Below are positions 1-12,870 of a stretch of DNA of 64,000 bases, piece after piece. Source of the stretch: Callorhinchus milii. Lineage: Eukaryota. The first letter of the stretch is position 1; each line of letters begins with the position of its first letter. The notes under the pieces were generated by a model. That model was given only the letters and a program-made list of their open reading frames with translations, was not told where the DNA came from and did not search any database. The stretch is from assembly GCF_018977255.1 (NCBI RefSeq), contig NW_024704751.1:11408001-11472000 (forward strand). The letters are read 5' to 3'. The position numbers and the translations under genes are program-made.

Positions 1-79
1 CACATACGCACGCACATACGCATACACGCACGCACACACCCGCTCATGCACGCGCAGATTCATACACACACACTCTGTT

Positions 80-450
80 CCACCATTCTATACGATCATG
101 GCTGATCTGTACCTGAATTCCAATCACCCACCTTTGCCTCATATCCCTTGATCCCCTGACCTAACAAACATCTCTCAACCTCAAAAATGTTGAATGGATA
201 CAGCCATAATCCACAGCCTTTTGGGAGAGGGAGAGAGAGAAAGTTCCTGATTTCCACTAGCCTTTTTGTGTGTGAAAAACTGCCTCCTGATTTCACTCCT
301 AAATGGCCTGGCTCTAATTTTAAGATGATGCTCCCCCTGTTCTGGATTTCCCCACCCACCAGAAGAAATAGTTTACTCTCTGTAGTTACCCTATCAAATC
401 TCTTTAGTATTCTAAAAAATCTCAATTAGATCAGCTCTCAGCCTTCTGAA
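80..450 (-). mobile_element. CR1-like LINE 3' fragment
   Basis: Minus-strand translation FRILKRFDRV..LF.LVG resembles the CR1 ORF2 C-terminus and is followed by the 3' UTR-like tail seen in other copies in the window. Confidence 0.65.
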
Positions 451-2269
451 CTCAAACGTCACCCATCCCCTCCCGACCTCTAACCACGCATGCGGTGGAG
501 ATACTTTCAGTATCGCGATCAGTCACTGTAGCTGACCACTGACCAGAGGACATTGTCACAGCGGGTGTCTGACACACACGGAAACCCATCACCGTTGCTT
601 AAGAGTATCCAAACCAAACTGAGAATTCCACATGGAATTCATCTCCCGTCTACACATGGAAATCCCAGAGATAGATTTTTGGAATGGAACGTGCTCTCTC
701 TCTCTCTCTCCCCCTGGAGGGACACATCTGCTTACCTAATTCTGGAAAGCAGGTTGACAAGAGCCAAAGCTTGGGGGGACCCCAGAGTGTGCGTTGGGGT
801 AACTGCTGGAGTCTAACCAGCTAAAACCGCATAATTTACCTTTGATAGCTTTCCGTGGCCAAACATGCACCTTGGACCAGTTCAGCTCCGAGGAGACCCC
901 ATTTATATCCCCCTCCCAACCAAGGAAGATAGAGAATACAGGATACATGCGTTACATCAATATATAATAAAATCCAAAATGATATAGGAAGCGACAAGTT
1001 ATTTCAGGGAAAAATAGCAAAGGTTAAAGCTGTTCAATGGGGTTTGGCTGTGAGGGCGACAGTATTTAACACCAGAAGCAACAGTGGGTAATATTTTCTC
1101 CTCTAGTTGTCATGTGGGGGTTTAGCTCACAGATGGGAGTGCGTTATTGGTGCTGAACAAACAAACCGAAAGGGTGAAGTGGCCAATTCCCGGAAACAGA
1201 TGGCTACAAGGAAACTGCGCCACACAGTGTACATCTGACAACTAAAACTCCCATCAAATCGAATCACCAAAATGCCAAATTACTTCCAGCGAAAGACTCT
1301 GGTTCCAGTGTCATCAGATCAAAGCAGATCTCGCCAACCCCCAAACAATCGTTAAACATTAACCCGTTGCTGCAAGTCAACAGTCAACAACAGCCCAAGT
1401 TTAGACAGTGCCTCTCAAGTGAAAGAAGGGCTTCAAAATAAAAACATGGATATTACACCGGGGCTGACCAGCATGTGGGGTGACATCTGAGCACTTCACA
1501 AAGACAGAATCAGTGGGGAAGGCGGAGAGGTACAGGGGGCGCACACTCGCACAAAATCTGCCTTAGCTTTTAAGTCTTTCTGGGTTTTCAAACCACGATA
1601 ACCTGAGGAGGGACAGTTTACCTTCTACAGTAAAATACAAAAAAAGTTAATATTTCATTGGAATTAAATGCCATTGAAAATAATGACATAATCCTCTCCA
1701 TCTTGAACCTTTCGAGGCTGTGTGTTGTAATCTGGCTGGAATAAACCAATCTTTTTGGTTCTGTTCCTCACAGACGTACAAACTGTATCCTCGCACAGAG
1801 TAGCTCTTTGTCAGATCACATTTAATGTTGGAGGCCAAATGTAGGATAAATGATGCTCTTATATAATATTAAGAAGAAGTGTGTTTACTGCAGAAAGCCT
1901 GAAACTGAAACTGTGAAGATTACATTTCATTTTCTACACAGAGACAAGGTGCTCCTGGTGCTCTCAAAGGGATTAATGCTTTACCAGCTGAGATTCAAGG
2001 GACAAAATTTCCAACACTCTTCAATGCAGTCTTTTATTTATCTATCTAAAAGAGGGTTAGACAGATGCTGCAGTGCACAAAACAGTTCTGAAATGTGTCT
2101 GGATCATTTCCCTCTTGTCCACCCAAATCTTACACCATCTGTTCACCGCTCAGAAGCTCTAACATTCATCAGAGAGTCTTTCTACATAGAACGGTTTCAA
2201 TCAGTCAATCTATAAAGGGATCTTGTTACAATGATTTGATATAATCTCTGCATCGTAATCAATGGCATT

Positions 2270-2585
2270 ATTAATAATAACTCTTGCCTCTATTATAGCG
2301 CCTTATCACATCTTCGAGACATCTAAAAAGCCCTCCACGGAACATACTGTGAAGTGTAGTGAACTGTATATTTTGTGTGCCAATTAAGCACAGCAGCGTC
2401 CCACAAACGGGTGTTGGAATGACAACGTGATAGCAATGACCCGCAAACAGCCACAAAATGAACGACCGATTTTATTCGGGGGGGGATTGTTGGCCAGGAA
2501 AACGAAACTCCCTTACGGATCCATTAGGAGGGATCTGTAACACCCACGTGGACAGGCAGACGGGACCCCAGTTCAATGTCTCAAC
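2270..2585 (-). mobile_element. Old Deu-domain SINE remnant (SacSINE1/AmnSINE1-like)
   Basis: Reverse complement contains GAGACATTGAAC..CCCGTCTGCC..CAGATCCC..GGGAGTT..CCTGGCCAA, resembling the Deu domain as recalled, followed by the shared SINE 3' body. Confidence 0.55.
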
Positions 2586-5500
2586 AACAGTAATACGGCC
2601 ACAACACGACAAGACCAGAATCGACGTTAATAAACATTACTCACAATTGCCCCAATGGCGCATCATCTTGGGAATCCCGACTCACAGCGCCGCATAGTGG
2701 TAGAGAAGCACTCTGCACCCTTGCGGCGGTTGAGCCAACGTTGGGTCAATGTTCACACGGTGTCCAGCAGATTAAGCTATTGATGGAGACGATGCCATTC
2801 ATCGTGCGAGAGCCTGGTCATGGATTGCAGGTGATGAGACTATGTGATCGCAAGACACGCGAGTGACTGACGTCTGGAAAAGAGAAGCGATGGAGAGCGT
2901 GAATGAGAGAGACAGAGAGAGAGAGAGCGAGAGAAACCTTATAATAATAATCATCCTGGCATTTGATACAGCGCCTCATCGCGTCGCTGAGACGTCTCAA
3001 AGCGCTTCACGGGGTGCACTGTAAAGTGGAGTGATCATGTATTTTGTGGGTGAGACGCAGCAGCCAATTGCGCACTGCAGGGTCCCACAAACAGTCGTGG
3101 ATTGAGTGACCGCATTTTTTTTGGGAAGGGAACTATAAAAAGCGATCCACCAAACGACTAACAACCACGTTCCTACTCACTGTTGAGTAAACGGAGAGCC
3201 GACAGAGAGAAGAGCTTCAGGAAACAGCGCAAAGACACCGCAGAGCGAGAGAGAGCGAGAAAGAGAGGGAGAGGGAAACAGTGCCACCCGAAGACTGGAG
3301 ATGCGGAATGACGACGGTTGTGCCAACGGTTGAAAGCTGGTCCCTCGCTTGCTCGCGCTCTCCACTCACCCTGGAAGGCGAGCTCACTCCTGCCTACTCT
3401 GCTGTTGGAATTCTGCAGCCCTGCAACGACAATGAATACATAATTATAATAATAATAGTAATCCTTGCATTTGACACAGCGCCTTATCCTGTCTTCGAGA
3501 CGTCTCAAATCGCTTCACAGAATACACTGCGAAGTGAATCGACTACATTTTGTGGGCGAATTAATCCTTCTATCCCTTTTTATATACCGTATCCAAACCA
3601 TTGATTGCCGCACTTTAAGCGCAAACTCTAAAGAAGATCTGAAAGGCAGTTTGTTTAAAATCTGCCCACGTAAAGGATTCCATATCCATCACAAGGTGTT
3701 GTTCAGTGATCTGAAAATCCGACACCTCAGGTGTGTACAATGCTGGCAAGTCTTGCGCAGCGAGCAGTAACCCGCCTTCAACCTTGCAGGGGAGTAAATG
3801 AAACCACTTTAAACGCCATCTGGTTTCACATGTTTTCCATAAAGCTCAGTAACTCCATGCAGCCTCAATCGCCCATCTGCTTTATTACAGCAACCCCCCC
3901 CCCACCCACAGCCAATAGGAACCCTCTCCCTACCCCCACTCCCTCCCTGTACAACAATAAAGACATTGCATCTGTTAAAGTGTTCAATGCAACAGGCCCG
4001 CCAAGCCCAAATACACTGTAATTATTATTGATTGCTACACAGTCAAGCTCTGGACAGCAAAGTATGCATTGCTTCCTTTATATAACCATTTCTATGCTGT
4101 GCAAGTCTGGCTTGAGAGGGCCCATCCCATTTTTTTTCCTACCCAGAGAGTTTCCTACCCATCTGGATCGCACCACCTGAAAGAGTAGTGGAAAGGGAAT
4201 TGGGAATGTACTTGAAAAGGAAAAATATGCAGGGCTATGGGGTGAGAGGGGGGAGTGGGACTAGTTTCGCCCACAAATATACAGTCAATTCACTTTACAG
4301 TATGTTCCGTGAAGCGCGTGGGACGTGAACAGCGCTATATCAAACGCAAGGATTATTATCCCTTAGAGTTGGCAGCTCTTTCAAAGAGTGGGCACAGGCA
4401 CGATGGGCCGAATGGCCTCCTTCTGTGCTGTAAGATTCCATGATTCGACAATAGAGAGAAAAAGAGGCGAGAGAGAGAGAGAGAGAGGAAACTGAGTGTA
4501 GCACAATCATGGAGCGCGTGCTCACCAGCCTCGTTTGGCTGCATTAATATTTATGACTAAATTATTTCCTCTGTGCAGCACACAGCAGCAATCATCTTAG
4601 ACGCAGCCTGCAGGTTACTATGGCAGCTAGTTTGTGCGATGCTCTACTCAGCCACAGAGCAACTGAATCAACTCGCAAATAGCGATGAAGAGGCTAGAAG
4701 GTAGCTTCAACAACAGATTAAATATCATCAGGAATCAGGGAAGCAAATGCTCACAGGGTCCACATCAACTTGGGTTGATACCAGCTCCTGTCACATAGGA
4801 CCAACTATTGCCTCGAAGCAACGTTGCCCATAAAACACACAGTCAATCAATCCACTTTTTGTAATACAATCTGTCAAGCGCTTGGAGATGTCTCAACGAC
4901 TTGATAAGGTGTTATGTCAAATGCAAGAATTATTATTATTATTATTAATTTACAAAAGACAACAGTGGTCAACTAAACCGGGAGGGAAAGCTTAAGGGCG
5001 ATGAGGGCGCCTTCGACCATACATTTAGTCAGGTTAAGTGGTTAAAATGAAGTCAGATAAGATGCACTGTTAATTACCAGCAAATCACTTCTCGATGAAT
5101 TCACAGCAATCAGTGAACCTTCACTGTGGGAATGTGGGCAAGAGTCAGTGACACTGACTTACTGTCCTGATCGTCCCTCAACACCTGCTTTGTCAGCCAC
5201 GAGAGAAGCCACGACTGAACAAAACCCCGCGGGGTCAATTTGAACTGTGCCGTTTATATCTACAAAGCAACCCGCGGCCCGGTGGTTGGGAGGGTGTGTG
5301 TATGTGTGTGGAAACTCTGGATTGCTCTTCCTCAATCCCTCCGCCTTGCCCCCTCCTTCCCTCCGCACCTTCAAATCCCGCCTAAAGATCTTTTTTTGAT
5401 CGTGCTTATGGTCACCTCCCCCGTCCCCATCTCTCGTTGTCAGACTCCGCCACTGCCAAGGACGCTACCCCTTGTGACGGGTGCTATATAAATGCAAGTT

Positions 5501-5898
5501 GTTGTTGTCTGTGTGTGTCTCCTACAGCGTTGCTCTCCCACCCAACAGTAGCGCTGACATCAGGTACTCATTCTCTCCCCCACCATCTGCTCCCAAACTC
5601 ATCATTCCAGGGTCTAGGGACGGTCCTGACAGTCCCCCACCCTAAGTGCCTCTCCTCCCACAGTCAGTCCGTCCTGAATTCATCACCAATTGTAAGGATG
5701 CAGAACAACTTTGACCTGAAACACACTCGCCAAGCTGCCGCTGCAGCAAATCCAATACAACAAGTGTGTTAATGAACAGTTTCTGAAGTCACTGAAATGT
5801 AAGTGCAGAAACTGGACAAGTTTAGAATATAACTAGGGCAGCGTATATGGAAACTAGATGATTGACTAAACATTAGAGTACTTTAAGCCATTAAAGCC

Positions 5899-6310
5899 TG
5901 GCACGGTGCTCGCACCCTCGCCTCGGAATTAGAAAGTTGTGGGTTCAAACCCCACATCAGGACTTGAAGTCCCATAGACTGAGCTGACACTCCAATGCAA
6001 TGCTGGGGTGGGGGGGTGGGGGGAGGGTGTTGCATTGTCAGAAGTGCTGTCCTTCAGTTGAGATGTTTAACCCCGGTTCCGTCTGCCTGTTCAGGCATTG
6101 TTCGAAAAGAGAAGGGAGATTTTTTCTCCCGGTGTCCTGGCCAAGAACCCTCCCCAAATGAAAAATTGGTCACCCCATCTCCATGGCTCTTTGTGGGACA
6201 CAGTTGTGTGCATATTGGCTGCCGCACTTCACCCACAGAATAACGTCACTTCACCATAGATCCTGTGAAGGATACCGCTTGTCAAATGCAAAGATCATTA
6301 TTTTTATTAT
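5899..6310 (+). mobile_element. Old Deu-domain SINE (SacSINE1/AmnSINE1-like)
   Basis: tRNA-like head with B box GGTTCAAACCC, then GCTGACACTCCA..AGATGTTTAACCCCGGTTCCGTCTGCC..CTCCCGGTGTCCTGGCCAA and an AAATGCAAAG-(ATT)-like tail. Confidence 0.6.
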
Positions 6311-7775
6311 CTTGGTTATTATGCACCAGAGCGCCCAGGAGGGGGAAAAAAAGACATCCTGGATAAATGTGATGTGAGTGGAAATAGACCTAAAAATCAT
6401 AGAAAGGAGGTTGCTATTCACCCTGTCGTGCCTGTGCCAGCTCTGTGAAAGATATACAATTAGTCCCACTCCCCCGCTCCGTCCCCATAGCTCTGCAAAA
6501 TTTTTATTTTCAGGTATCTATCCAAGTCCCAAAACCGCATCACGGGGTTATATCTGAACCTTGTCTTTTGAGCGAGTGAGTGAGTGAGTGAGTGAGCGAG
6601 TGAGCGAACATACAGACGAACATGTATACAGGTTCCATTAGCAACTCAATATACAGTAATATACACACATGTACAACAGACACGCTGGTGGGCTTTTTCG
6701 CAGAATAAACAAGAGGAAACATCTATCACGCCCACTCCCAGAAGGTTCGGTCCATCCTCATGACAATTTGAACAGGAGGGGGGGAGAGGGGAGGGGTCGC
6801 TTTAACAACAGCTTTCCCCGAGAATCCTCCATGCAAGTGTAGTACGGATCACTGCCGATAACGGACGCACAGGAGAGAGAGAGATGTTCAATCAAAAAAA
6901 AATGCCCTTTTTGCAACATTTCGTCCATGTTCGAAAGACATAAAAGATAATAATAATATTAATAATCCTGGGATTTGATACAGAGCGTTATCACATCGTT
7001 GAAGATGTCTCAAAGCGCTTCGCAGGACATACTGTTAAGCGAATCGACTGTATATTTTGTGGGGAGGAGGGAGGGAGGGAGAATGGAATATAAAAGCGAT
7101 GTAATCCGCAGACTGGAATTGTCATTACAAAGTGTGTGGAGGGGGGGGGGGGGCATTAAAAAAAGGGGAATGACTGGTGTGGTGTTATTTTAAATGCTAA
7201 AACAACAATAAAATAATTCATTTTCTATTTATATGACAAAAATACAAAAACCGTTCCCCCCCCCCACCCCATTCCCTCCCCCCTCCCTCCCTCCACCGCT
7301 GTGCTTCTGATCTGTGTGTGGGGATTTTCCAGGAGGAGGAGGAGGTTCTGTGCACATCTTTTTGGGAGGTTTAAAAGCAGGGATTACGGTCTCGCGCTCT
7401 CTATGTAGAAAGAAAAAGCCTTGAGGGGGGGAGTGGGGGGACCGGAGAGCAGAGAGGGGGGAACGGGGGGGGGGAAAGGGGTGATGGGGAGGATAAGGGG
7501 TGGGGGGGAGAGGGAGCGAGGGAGAGGGGGTGTGGGGGTGTGTGTGGGAGGGAGGGAGGGAGGGGGTGTGGGGGGGGGAGGGAGGGAGGGAGGGGAGGGG
7601 GTGGGGGTGTAATAAAGTGCCCCCCCGGTGCACTCACCGCCGGTGGTGTCGGAGTCGCGGGTCTCGGGCTACATTGTTGCCGTCTCCTCCTCTTCCGCTC
7701 CGACTGTACCGCGGACTCTCCGCCGCTTTTGATACATTGGGGGATACATTGGGCCACTGCGCGGATGCGCGAAGC

Positions 7776-7851
7776 TTTGTGACGTCACAAAAGGGCACTC
7801 CCCCCCCTCTCCCCCCCCCCGTGTGGCTGAGGAACCCCCCCCGTGACGTCA
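7776..7851. promoter_or_regulatory. Two full CRE sites (TGACGTCA) in the promoter of the minus-strand gene
   Basis: TGACGTCA at 7780-7787, inside the 16-bp palindrome TTTGTGACGTCACAAA (7776-7791), and at 7844-7851; both just upstream of the CpG-rich first exon. Confidence 0.7.
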
Positions 7852-7889
7852 TTCCCTCTGGCAAAGGCACCACTGGGGTAGAGGGGGAA

Positions 7890-8434
7890 CTCCCCCCCAC
7901 CCCTCCCCCAGTCCCCCCTCACCCCCCGCCACTCCCCTTGTTTCCCCTCCACCCCCCCCCCCCCCACTCCCCCTGTCCCCTCCCCCCCACTCCCCCTGTT
8001 CCCCCCCACTCCCCCTGTCCCCCCCCCCACTACCCGTTCCCCCCCCCACTCCCCCTGTCCCCTCCCCCCCACTCCCCCTGTCCCCTCCCCCCACTCCCCT
8101 GTCCCCTCCCCCCACTCCCCCTGTCCCTCCCCCCCACTCCCCCTGTTCCCCCCCCACTCCCCCTGTTCCCCCCCCCACTCCCCTGTTCCCCCCCCACTGC
8201 CCCTGTTCCCCCCCCCACTCCCCCTGTTCACCCCTCACCCCCCCCCCACTCCCCCTGTTCACCCCTCACCCCCCCCACTCCCCTGTTCACCCCTCCCCCC
8301 CCCCCACTCCCCCTGTTCACCCCCCCACTACCCCTGCCCCCCCCCCCACTCCCCCTGTTCACCCCTCACCCCCCCACTCCCCTGTTCCCCCCCCCACTCC
8401 CCCTGTCCCCTCCCCCCCACTCCCCTGTTCACCC
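7890..8434. repeat. C-rich minisatellite, unit ~CCCCACTCCCCCTGT(T)C
   Basis: Repeated ACTCCCCCTGT core separated by poly-C runs; source of the spurious Pro/Gly-rich ORFs. Confidence 0.9.
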
Positions 8435-11286
8435 GCAGCAGTGTGTCCCCAGAGAGGTTTTTTTTTCAAACAATACATATATTTTTAGCATTTTTGTTTG
8501 AGAATACGGATTCCCCCCCCCACTCACCCCACCCCCAATTTTCACGCCTTCCGTGCGTTGCAATTACAGCTTCTTTTTCCAATCCGGGGACGGTCTCACG
8601 TCGCTTCGCCCGATTTACAGAATCGCACAGTGACTGTCGTTGTTGGTCCACTGCGATGTTGCGCCTCTCCACCCCTCCCACTCCCCCCAGGCGGCTCTGT
8701 TTGATAAGAGTAAGGTTTGGGGCAAAGAACGTGAGCATTCAGTTCCACAACTATGACCTGGAGAGAAGCACGTTCTCACTTTTCAGATGTCGGAAGACAA
8801 CGGTTGGAGAATTGAACGCTCACAAATTTTGATTTAACGGTCAATTTCCACAATATCTTATCACTGAACACTTCCGACACCGTTTAATATTTTAATATAT
8901 ATATTTTTTCTTACATGAGCCAAGGTAACAAAAGGGCCACAAAACAATTATGCTGAGGTTACGAGTGTAATATTTAAGTCCTTTAAGAGACTGAAGGTTT
9001 CATATTGGAAAGGATGGAAGCTTCTCTAATGCACTCCAAGATATTTTGTTTTTTCCAGGTAGCTCTTTGATTCCTGATTATAATTATGCTGTAAACTTAT
9101 ACAATGTTCCACCCAAATATGAAAATAGATGTAATGAATGAGTCATTAACTCTCAACACAGAAATCTGCATGAAACTTCATTACACTTTACCAATAGTCA
9201 AAAAATTTTACTGGAAGATGGCATTGCAAATCATTCTCAACATCACCCACAATGAGGAAATCAACCATCTTTGCATCCACAACAAGAAGAGTATTGCATT
9301 CATCTTTATTAGAAAAATAGGGAAAAATAGAAGCTTTGCATGTCAATGTTTTTTCCTATGTTATGAAACCTGCATAAATGCCAATGCAATTTATCAACTA
9401 CACTTGCACAATCCACCAGCCCCTCCAATACTGAGATAATTAATAACTGGATAGCTAAATTGCACTTAGGTATAATCCACCACCAAACAACTCCCCCCAC
9501 CCCCCCCCCAACACTATGTAAACAGATAGTTTATGAACTTGAGATCTGGGTACACTGTGGCTTGTCCCTGGCATCATAAATTTTCAGGTGGCTGAAATAA
9601 AAACAAAAGACGAAAACAAATTGAGTTAATTTTGAAGTTGGGAGGATTTACATTTCGACAGTGAGAATCGTCTGGGCGTTTAATAAAAGGAGATTGGCAA
9701 TAACCTTAGGACATCACGTTAGTCAGCTCACCGCATACATAAATGAAGTGTAAATCCAAATAATGTATGTACCCGCGTTATGGAAACATTTACCAAATCT
9801 TTCAGTCAATGAACAACCTTAGAGTAAAACATCACAACAAAAACACACTGCATAATTACTGCAGCGGATACAGTATTCTGACAGAACATGCACATCCGTA
9901 CAGAACTCTCAATAAATCACATCTTCTCCACAATATAGCCTCCCTTGCTAACATCTACTCTATAAGGCTGCCGCAAAGGTCACTTCATATTTTCTCAAGA
10001 GTAATTTCTGAGCCCTATTCAGACACACACACAAAAAAAATCATTGCTTCAATCAAAATGTTTTCCTTTAATAAGACAAATAAGACGCCAAGACCTAAGG
10101 CAATCACAAATCTTGTAATCGACTTGGGACGGCACAGGTAGTTTATAGGTCACATCAGATCTCCCCGAGCTCTCAAAATGTCACTCGTGCTCTTCACCTC
10201 ACACCCTGACCGATTTGGGAGTCTTGATTCTTTCTACAGACGTACAGTTCTACAGCTGTAGCGGGACTGTGCCCACTTGTCTATTGTTCATATGTAGGAC
10301 TCAACAAGGGAGCATTATGGCACTATTCCACTGTGGTGCGGCATTAGACCCGAGCCCAGTCTGTACAGATCAGCCACGATCTTATAGAATGGTGGAACAG
10401 ATTTGAGGGGCTGAACAGCCGCCTCCTGCTTCTAAAGCGGGTACTTTTCAGTGTCGAGCCACTGGAATGTGAGGAGGAATTCCCCTCCCTAACCAAATTG
10501 GGAGAAAAGCTGAGCGAGGAAAGAAAGATATAAATATAAACTTGCTTTTGCTTGACACAAAATGCACTGAAAGTTCTAACCGCAGTCACATTCCACCCTT
10601 ACGCCAAACACTGAGATCAAACTGAGCGTGAAACTGATCTGTTTTGCCCGCAAAATACACAATTCACTTTACAGTATATCCTGTGAAGCGGTTTTGTTAC
10701 GTCTCGAAGACATAATAACTTGCTATGTCAAATGCAAGAAATATTATTATCGTCACCCGGAAAAGAATTCTGAGCTGATTAGCTGTGACAACATTTCAGT
10801 GGAAGTGAGAGGGAGAGAATCTTCCTATTTGGAGGTGATTTAAATACTTATTTTTAAAAAAAAGTCACTTCTGAGAACGTGAATCTTTTTCACAAGTGCT
10901 CTGAGACACTACCCTGCGTGAGGGGTGCTGTATAAATGGAAGTCGTTGTTGGGGCGATGAGGTTTCCCCAATGCAAATTCTTGAAAAAGCTTAACAATAA
11001 CCCAATCTGACAACCAACGTGGGCAAATTTGGATATTATATTCAATTCCAGGAAAAGAAATACACCGATTTACATTTCCTGATCTGAAATGACAAAGAGA
11101 TTTCCTCTAAAGACTTGATGTTTATTCAGAACGTTCCTCGTTCTTACAGAAATACAGGAAATACTAGTTTCAAAATAGAGGTGTAAAAAAAGCAACAAAA
11201 AAAAGTACTGTACTGGGCTTAGAAAATGACAAGCAGCAATATGCAGAATTATGAACAAAATGAACACATTTAATTTAAGAGTGTTA

Positions 11287-11454
11287 CAGTAAACCTCACA
11301 TAAGTTGCATCAGTTGGGACCGTAAATTTAATATGACTTATGCAAAGTATGAGTAATGGCAAACCTGCAGAGAATGTAATAATCTTGGAACGGGACTCGG
11401 GCAGATGTACTACTTGGGCAATTTATACAGATCAGACTTATGTGAGTTCCTCTG
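11287..11454. mobile_element. MITE-like non-autonomous DNA transposon (Tc1/pogo-type ends), copy 1
   Basis: TA|CAGTAAACCTCACATAAGT ... ACTTATGTGAGTTCCTCTG|TA: imperfect terminal inverted repeats flanked by TA; a homologous copy lies at 12871-13440. Confidence 0.6.
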
Positions 11455-12870
11455 TACTTATGAAACCACAATAATAGCATTAGGGTCACATAGCACTAAC
11501 AAAGTTATGCTTTTAAAAGTAACCCCATATTTTGAGAGGCAAAGAAATAGGAAGTAAACTGACAACAGCAAATTCAAGGGCGTAAAAGCAGTAAAGTAAG
11601 CTCGACAGATCAGAATGGTGACAGGATCAGGAAGAGCGTGGAATAGGAGAAAGAAAGCACATAAAATGGACCCGAGCCAGGTGGTCAAAAAAAAAGCAAT
11701 CTGCCAATCGACTAACAACCGAGTTCCTACTAGACGTGGGTATGGAGTAAGGAAACCCGCCTAAGGTTTTGCCTTAGCGTTTTAAGTTCAGTATTTTAAC
11801 GTAATGTCCCACCCAGGCCTCTGACCACCATTGCTATGGAAAAGTTGAGGGGAAGAAACAGGAATCTTAAGAGAGATTTAGAGTTTGAGGGAGAATTAGA
11901 AAGAGATAGAGACTAAAATAAAATCCAACACCATTAACAATCAAAGTCTTTGAAGGCAGGATGGGAGAGGGAGCTCCAAGATGTTCCAGTGAGGATGGAT
12001 AAGGAGGACATCTCGCTCAGAACAGACCAATCCTCCAATTCTCAGCTAAACGTAATCAAATAGAAAAATAATTCACTAATTCTGTTACGTTTTGAGTCAG
12101 TCAGAGATAAAATATTTGACCAATAAGCTACTACCTACCATGAAAGAGACACCAATTGCTGTTACCACCTTATGGCTTGAGCTCTATCCCAGAGCAAGAC
12201 CTCTGTGAGAGGATTTACAAATCTCCTTCCCCCCTCCAATAATCCCCAATGTTTCAGGCAAACTCTCAACCTACACTGGATTTTAATTCTGATAATAATT
12301 ATCCTTGCATTTGATACAGCGCCTTATCACATGGTTTGAGACGTCTCAAAGAGCTTCATAGGATATACCGTATAGTGAATTGACTGTGTATTCTGTGAGC
12401 AAATGCTGGAAATTGGAAGGGAATTCACAACAGATCCATCAGGCAATGAACAAGAAAACTGTGATGCTTCACCCGAGCAGAATTATTAACCAACTTGTCT
12501 TTCATGTTCAGATAACGATTGTTTGCTGTGGTTTCCTATCATTTCTCTATTTTTTACTGTGAGACGTACTATACAACCTTGAAGCCAAGGATCGCCAAAT
12601 GGTTAGACAGTTGATTTCTCACATTCATTTACAGTCTGAAGGGAAAAAAGTTTTCAGATTTGAACCATTGACACATCAGAGGTAACATCAATCATAGGAG
12701 GACCCGTTTGTGAGCAACAGGTTTTCTTAACATAGCGACAGACCGGACTGAACTTCAGGGCACTTACAGAAACCCAGACCGATTGACAACGGTTGCCAAA
12801 TTTCTAATCTGTAGCAGTTCTTTGAGGAAAGATATGCAAACAGAACAAGTTTTCCGGGCCTTTTGAATCT

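Larger units (their letters stand above)
736..7760 (-). other. 5' part (non-coding/uORF exons) of a minus-strand gene whose main CDS would lie left of the window; tentatively PNRC2
   Basis: GC-rich first exon ~7760-7638 ends in GCG|GTGAGT below two CRE sites. Further AG..GT bounded candidate exons: 5259-5163, 2873-2686 (long pyrimidine tract, GCT|GTGAGT), 1624-1562 (weak GC donor) and 812-736 (TAG|GTAAGC). The 812-736 exon (..CCAAGCTTTGGCTCTTGTCAACCTGCTTTCCAGAATTAG) resembles my recollection of the human PNRC2 5' leader; not verified. No recognisable protein domain in the window. Confidence 0.5.

Noticed and set aside
2831-2870. GTGATGA..CTGA box pair
   Set aside because: Only 40 nt and antisense to the host transcription unit; better explained as part of a minus-strand exon.
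7300-7401. FKPPKK resemblance to the AZIN1/ODC upstream conserved coding region
   Set aside because: No AUU start in the expected place and no PPW or PS-stop C-terminal motif.
7500-8501. 333-aa Pro-rich ORF and similar ORFs at 20522-21212 and 21445-22795
   Set aside because: Translations of poly-C/G tracts, open in several frames; no domain or splice support.
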